From: Calditrichales bacterium
Lineage (GTDB): Bacteria; Calditrichota; Calditrichia; Calditrichales; J004
Assembly: GCA_965267575.1 (NCBI GenBank)
Contig: OZ254086.1
Location: 2,656,001-2,720,000, forward strand
Direction: 5' to 3'
DNA length: 64,000 nucleotides
How positions within the stretch are numbered: position 1 is the first letter of the stretch; every line of letters begins with the position of its first letter. The translations under genes and the position numbers were made by a program. The notes beneath the pieces are model-generated. The model was not told the DNA's origin. It ran no database searches and saw only the letters and a program-made list of their open reading frames with translations. Shown here one piece after another: positions 60,902 through 64,000 of the stretch.

Positions 60902-61116
60902 AAAAAAATCCAATGACAAAAACCAAATAACAAAAGATGGCAACAAATTTTTCAACAACAGCTTTACATTTTGACGTTTGAGAATTGTTTGTTGTCTGAT
61001 CCCCGTTATTTGTGATTTTCCAATCAGGCTGCTCCAAAAAAGAGCAGCTTTTTTTTGCCCTTTTTCTGTGAAATCTGCCATTGTCGCGTTAGCTCTACGA
61101 ATGTAATGTTTGCGCC

Positions 61117-61857
61117 ATGAAACTCGCTTTAATCTCCGATATACATGGCAATCTGCCGGCGTTGCAGGCCGTGCTCAGAGATATCAGACGGCGCGGCGTT
61201 GACCAGATGGTTTGCCTGGGTGACGTCGCTACGCTGGGACCGCATTCTGCGGAGGTGTGCGCCTTGCTGCGTGAAACGGAATGCACGTGCATAATGGGCA
61301 ACCACGATGAGGCCGCGTTGCAGCCGCGAAAGGCCGCAACCCTTCAGATAGCGCCGCCCTTGTTGCCGACGCTGGAATGGAACATCGCCCGGCTGGGCAG
61401 GGAAGAGCTGGACTATTTGCGATCCTTTCTTCCGGTGTCGACCATAAACAGGCAATCAGGTTCTCAGCTTGTTTTTTATCACGGGTCGTATCGTTCCAAC
61501 ACGGAAAACATTTTCGGAAATACTGAAACGGCCGTTTTGCGCGAAACCCTGGCAGAGGCAGGAGCCGGAAACAACGTGATGCTTATGGCCGGGGGACACA
61601 CGCACATACCGATGCTGCGCCGTTTGGGTGACGTGTTGTTTGTAAACCCGGGTAGCGTGGGCTGCGCTTTTTACGATACGCCTGCCGCAGGTGAAGAGCC
61701 GCGTCTGCTGCCGCTGGCGCAATATGCCATTGTTCAGGATCATAAAGGCGCCATCAGTGTTGATCTGCGCCAGATAGCTTATGATACCAACGCATACCGT
61801 TCCGCGCTGCAACAAAGCGATCTGCCTTTAAAGGAGTGGTGGTTGAAGTATTTGTAG
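61117..61857 (+). CDS. Metallophosphoesterase
   Basis: SDIHGN, GD, GNHD, HG, GHTH, NPGSVG. Confidence 0.9.
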   Translation: MKLALISDIHGNLPALQAVLRDIRRRGVDQMVCLGDVATLGPHSAEVCALLRETECTCIMGNHDEAALQPRKAATLQIAPPLLPTLEWNIARLGREELDYLRSFLPVSTINRQSGSQLVFYHGSYRSNTENIFGNTETAVLRETLAEAGAGNNVMLMAGGHTHIPMLRRLGDVLFVNPGSVGCAFYDTPAAGEEPRLLPLAQYAIVQDHKGAISVDLRQIAYDTNAYRSALQQSDLPLKEWWLKYL

Positions 61858-61861
61858 GGAT

Positions 61862-61984
61862 GAGGTCTGGAGGTCTCGAAGTCCCGAAGTCTTGAAGTTG
61901 TTTTGATCATGATCTAAGTCTTATCCCCCGATCGACAGAAAGAAGCTCATCCCCATGACCTCATGACTTCAAGACCCCCAGACC
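61862..61984. repeat. Two inverted arrays of 8-bp GARGTCYN tandem repeats
   Basis: gaggtctg gaggtctc gaagtccc gaagtctt, and reverse-complement units at 61955-61984. Confidence 0.7.
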
Positions 61985-62059
61985 AAACACTCCTTCTCCT
62001 TGAACCCTATTTAAAATCTGCGTAACGTTTGGCCTGATTCAATCAGCAGGCAAATATCC

Positions 62060-62452
62060 GTGGCAAAAACCGGCAAACAGCATCTGGGACAAAAAGGGGA
62101 AGAGCTGGCCTACCGCTTTCTGGAGGAGCTGGGACATACTCTTCTTTTTCGCAACTGGCGCAGCGGCCGCTCGGAGCTGGATATTATCAGCCGTGAGCAA
62201 GATACTTTGGTGATCAGCGAGGTGAAAAGCTTTTACCGGCCTCCCCTTGGCGCGCCGGAATCGCGCGTAAACAAGAACAAGCAACGTTCGGTTATCCGCG
62301 GGGTGTACGGATTCCTCGATGAAAACCCGGATTACCAGAACATGGATGTGCGCCTGGATGTAATCGTTGTTGATTTTTCTCAATATCCTGCTGCTATCCG
62401 TCATTATCCCGGCGCTTTTTATGATAGCGGTTATGACGATCCGTATAGCTGA
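62060..62452 (+). CDS. YraN (UPF0102) family protein
   Basis: G..GE, RNWR....ELDII, EVK, RLDVI. Confidence 0.88.
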   Translation: MAKTGKQHLGQKGEELAYRFLEELGHTLLFRNWRSGRSELDIISREQDTLVISEVKSFYRPPLGAPESRVNKNKQRSVIRGVYGFLDENPDYQNMDVRLDVIVVDFSQYPAAIRHYPGAFYDSGYDDPYS

Positions 62453-62475
62453 AGAAATCCAAGGAGAGTTTTAAA

Positions 62476-63609
62476 ATGCCCTTTTCTGCCTATCGTTCGC
62501 TTTTTCCGGTAACCAGAAACCGGATCTACCTAAACCATGCCGCCGTCTCACCCATGAATACCGACGTTCGCGAAAAAATGGAGTGGTTTCTCAATGAACG
62601 CAGCTTTGGCGACGTCGAGTTTTACGAAGAGATAATGCGCATCCGCGGTGAGGCCCGCGAGCTGATGGGGCGTATGTTAAACGCGGCACCCTCGCAGATC
62701 GGCTTTACCCATAATACATCGGAAGGGCTGAACTGGCTGGCCCAAAGCCTGCCCTGGAAAAAGGGCGACGAAATCCTGCTGCCTGCAGGGCAGTTTCCCG
62801 CCAACATATATCCCTGGCTCAACCTGGAGCGGCAGGGGGTAAAGGTCGTTTTTGTAAAGGGCGAAAAAGGCTTTGTCGATGCCGGGCATATTGAAAACGC
62901 GATCACACCCAAAACGCGTTTACTGGCGGTAAGTTTTGTGGAATATCTTAGCGGCTACCGTGCCGACATGCAGGCCCTCGGTGAACTGTGCAGGAAAAAC
63001 AATATCATCTTTTGCGTGGATGGCATTCAGGGTGTGGGCGCCATTCCCATTGATGTACAGAGCATGAATATCGATTTTCTCTCCTGCGGCGGTCATAAAT
63101 GGCTGATGGGCCCGATGGGCATTGGGTTTATTTACATGGATGAATCCCTGCAGGAAAAACTTACGCCCGTTTTTGCCGGCTGGCTCGGTGTAAAAGACGC
63201 CTGGGATTTTGATAAAATAAAGCTGGATATTTTTAAAGACGCGCGGCAGGTGGAATACGCCACGCATAACTCCATCGGCGTAAGCGGACTTTCGGCGTCG
63301 CTGGAAATCTTGGTAAAGGCCGGTCCCGCGGCTATTGAGCAGCATCTTCTGATAATGGGCCAGCAGCTTGTGGACCGGCTGCCGGATTTTGGCTTTGAGT
63401 TCGTCGGGCATGAAGACCCGGCGTATTGGTCGGGCATCTATTCCTTCCGCCATCCGGACTGCGAGGAAATCTATAATTATTTAAGTAATAATAATGTTGT
63501 TTGCGCGCTGCGCTCCGATTGTATTCGTTTTTCGCCGCATTTTTACAATACGCGCGATGATATTCAGCAAGCCATCGAGCTGCTGGCCGACTGGAGCCGA
63601 AACCACTAA
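62476..63609 (+). CDS. Class V PLP-dependent aminotransferase fold enzyme
   Basis: YLNHAA.SP, NTSEG, DGIQ.VG, GHKWLMGP.G, RFSPHFYN. Confidence 0.88.
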   Translation: MPFSAYRSLFPVTRNRIYLNHAAVSPMNTDVREKMEWFLNERSFGDVEFYEEIMRIRGEARELMGRMLNAAPSQIGFTHNTSEGLNWLAQSLPWKKGDEILLPAGQFPANIYPWLNLERQGVKVVFVKGEKGFVDAGHIENAITPKTRLLAVSFVEYLSGYRADMQALGELCRKNNIIFCVDGIQGVGAIPIDVQSMNIDFLSCGGHKWLMGPMGIGFIYMDESLQEKLTPVFAGWLGVKDAWDFDKIKLDIFKDARQVEYATHNSIGVSGLSASLEILVKAGPAAIEQHLLIMGQQLVDRLPDFGFEFVGHEDPAYWSGIYSFRHPDCEEIYNYLSNNNVVCALRSDCIRFSPHFYNTRDDIQQAIELLADWSRNH

Positions 63610-63640
63610 ACATCCCGGAAACGAAGCAGGATAAGCAGAT

Positions 63641-64000
63641 ATGAAGAAACATCTTAAGCGCATCGGTTATGGAAGCGGCCTCGGTGTTCTGGCCGCGATC
63701 ATCGTCTGGCTTTTTGTTTTTCACATTGCCGAAGACCTGATGTACCAGTACGAAGCGGGAAGCTACGACTGGCGCGTAAAGCGCAAAGTGCTGGATGCCC
63801 CGGAGCAGAGCATCGATGAGATCGTTGTGATCGATATTGACGGACGCAGCGTTTCCGAACTGGGCAAGTTTTCGCAGTGGCCGCGCAACTACTATCCCCG
63901 TCTTATCCGCAATCTTAATGAGGGCGGCGCGGCGGCTATCGGGCTGGATATTATTTTTGATCGTGATATCTGGCGCCCGGAGCAGGATGTGGAATTCATA
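63641..64000 (+). CDS. CHASE2-domain protein, truncated by the window end
   Basis: Manual translation: TM, YDWR...IVVIDID..S...LG...WPR......L...GAAAIGLDIIF. Confidence 0.8.
   Translation, partial: MKKHLKRIGYGSGLGVLAAIIVWLFVFHIAEDLMYQYEAGSYDWRVKRKVLDAPEQSIDEIVVIDIDGRSVSELGKFSQWPRNYYPRLIRNLNEGGAAAIGLDIIFDRDIWRPEQDVEFI

Noticed and set aside
62476..63609. Cysteine desulfurase (sufS/iscS) assignment
   Set aside because: The catalytic RxGxHCA or SSGSAC loop is not recognisable, so only the fold is called.

Overview
A 64-kb bacterial chromosome segment, about 50-55% GC by eye. Gene style suggests the FCB group, possibly Calditrichota-like, but that is inference. The left part (0-30 kb) holds housekeeping and accessory genes: aminopeptidase P, thioredoxin, a CusCBA-type metal efflux operon, a GH3/GH30/GH5 cluster, trhP, a CopB-type ATPase, a PIN toxin-antitoxin pair, tkt, ChrA, GH9 and a LytS/LytTR pair. 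These are interleaved with at least five families of short palindromic repeats. The right part (47.7-64 kb) is mostly core genes (argS, rsfS, glmU N-terminal domain, panC, panB, mnmA, fabH, lipA). The centre (30.5-47.5 kb) is an accessory/defence hotspot with three notable elements. (1) A 5.5-kb foreign island with extreme strand skew and an archaeal-type BRE/TATA leaderless promoter. It consists of two tandem modules, each a start-less Cys-rich gene end with a variable tip facing a convergent secreted-protein gene. (2) An integrase-less array of two integron-type gene cassettes whose core and inverse-core sites close on each other. (3) A Type III restriction-modification operon whose Res subunit keeps its helicase motifs but has lost the PD-(D/E)xK nuclease motif, while a translationally coupled gene for a stand-alone PD-(D/E)xQ-like protein sits between mod and res. 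All calls come from reading motifs by eye; no database searches were run.
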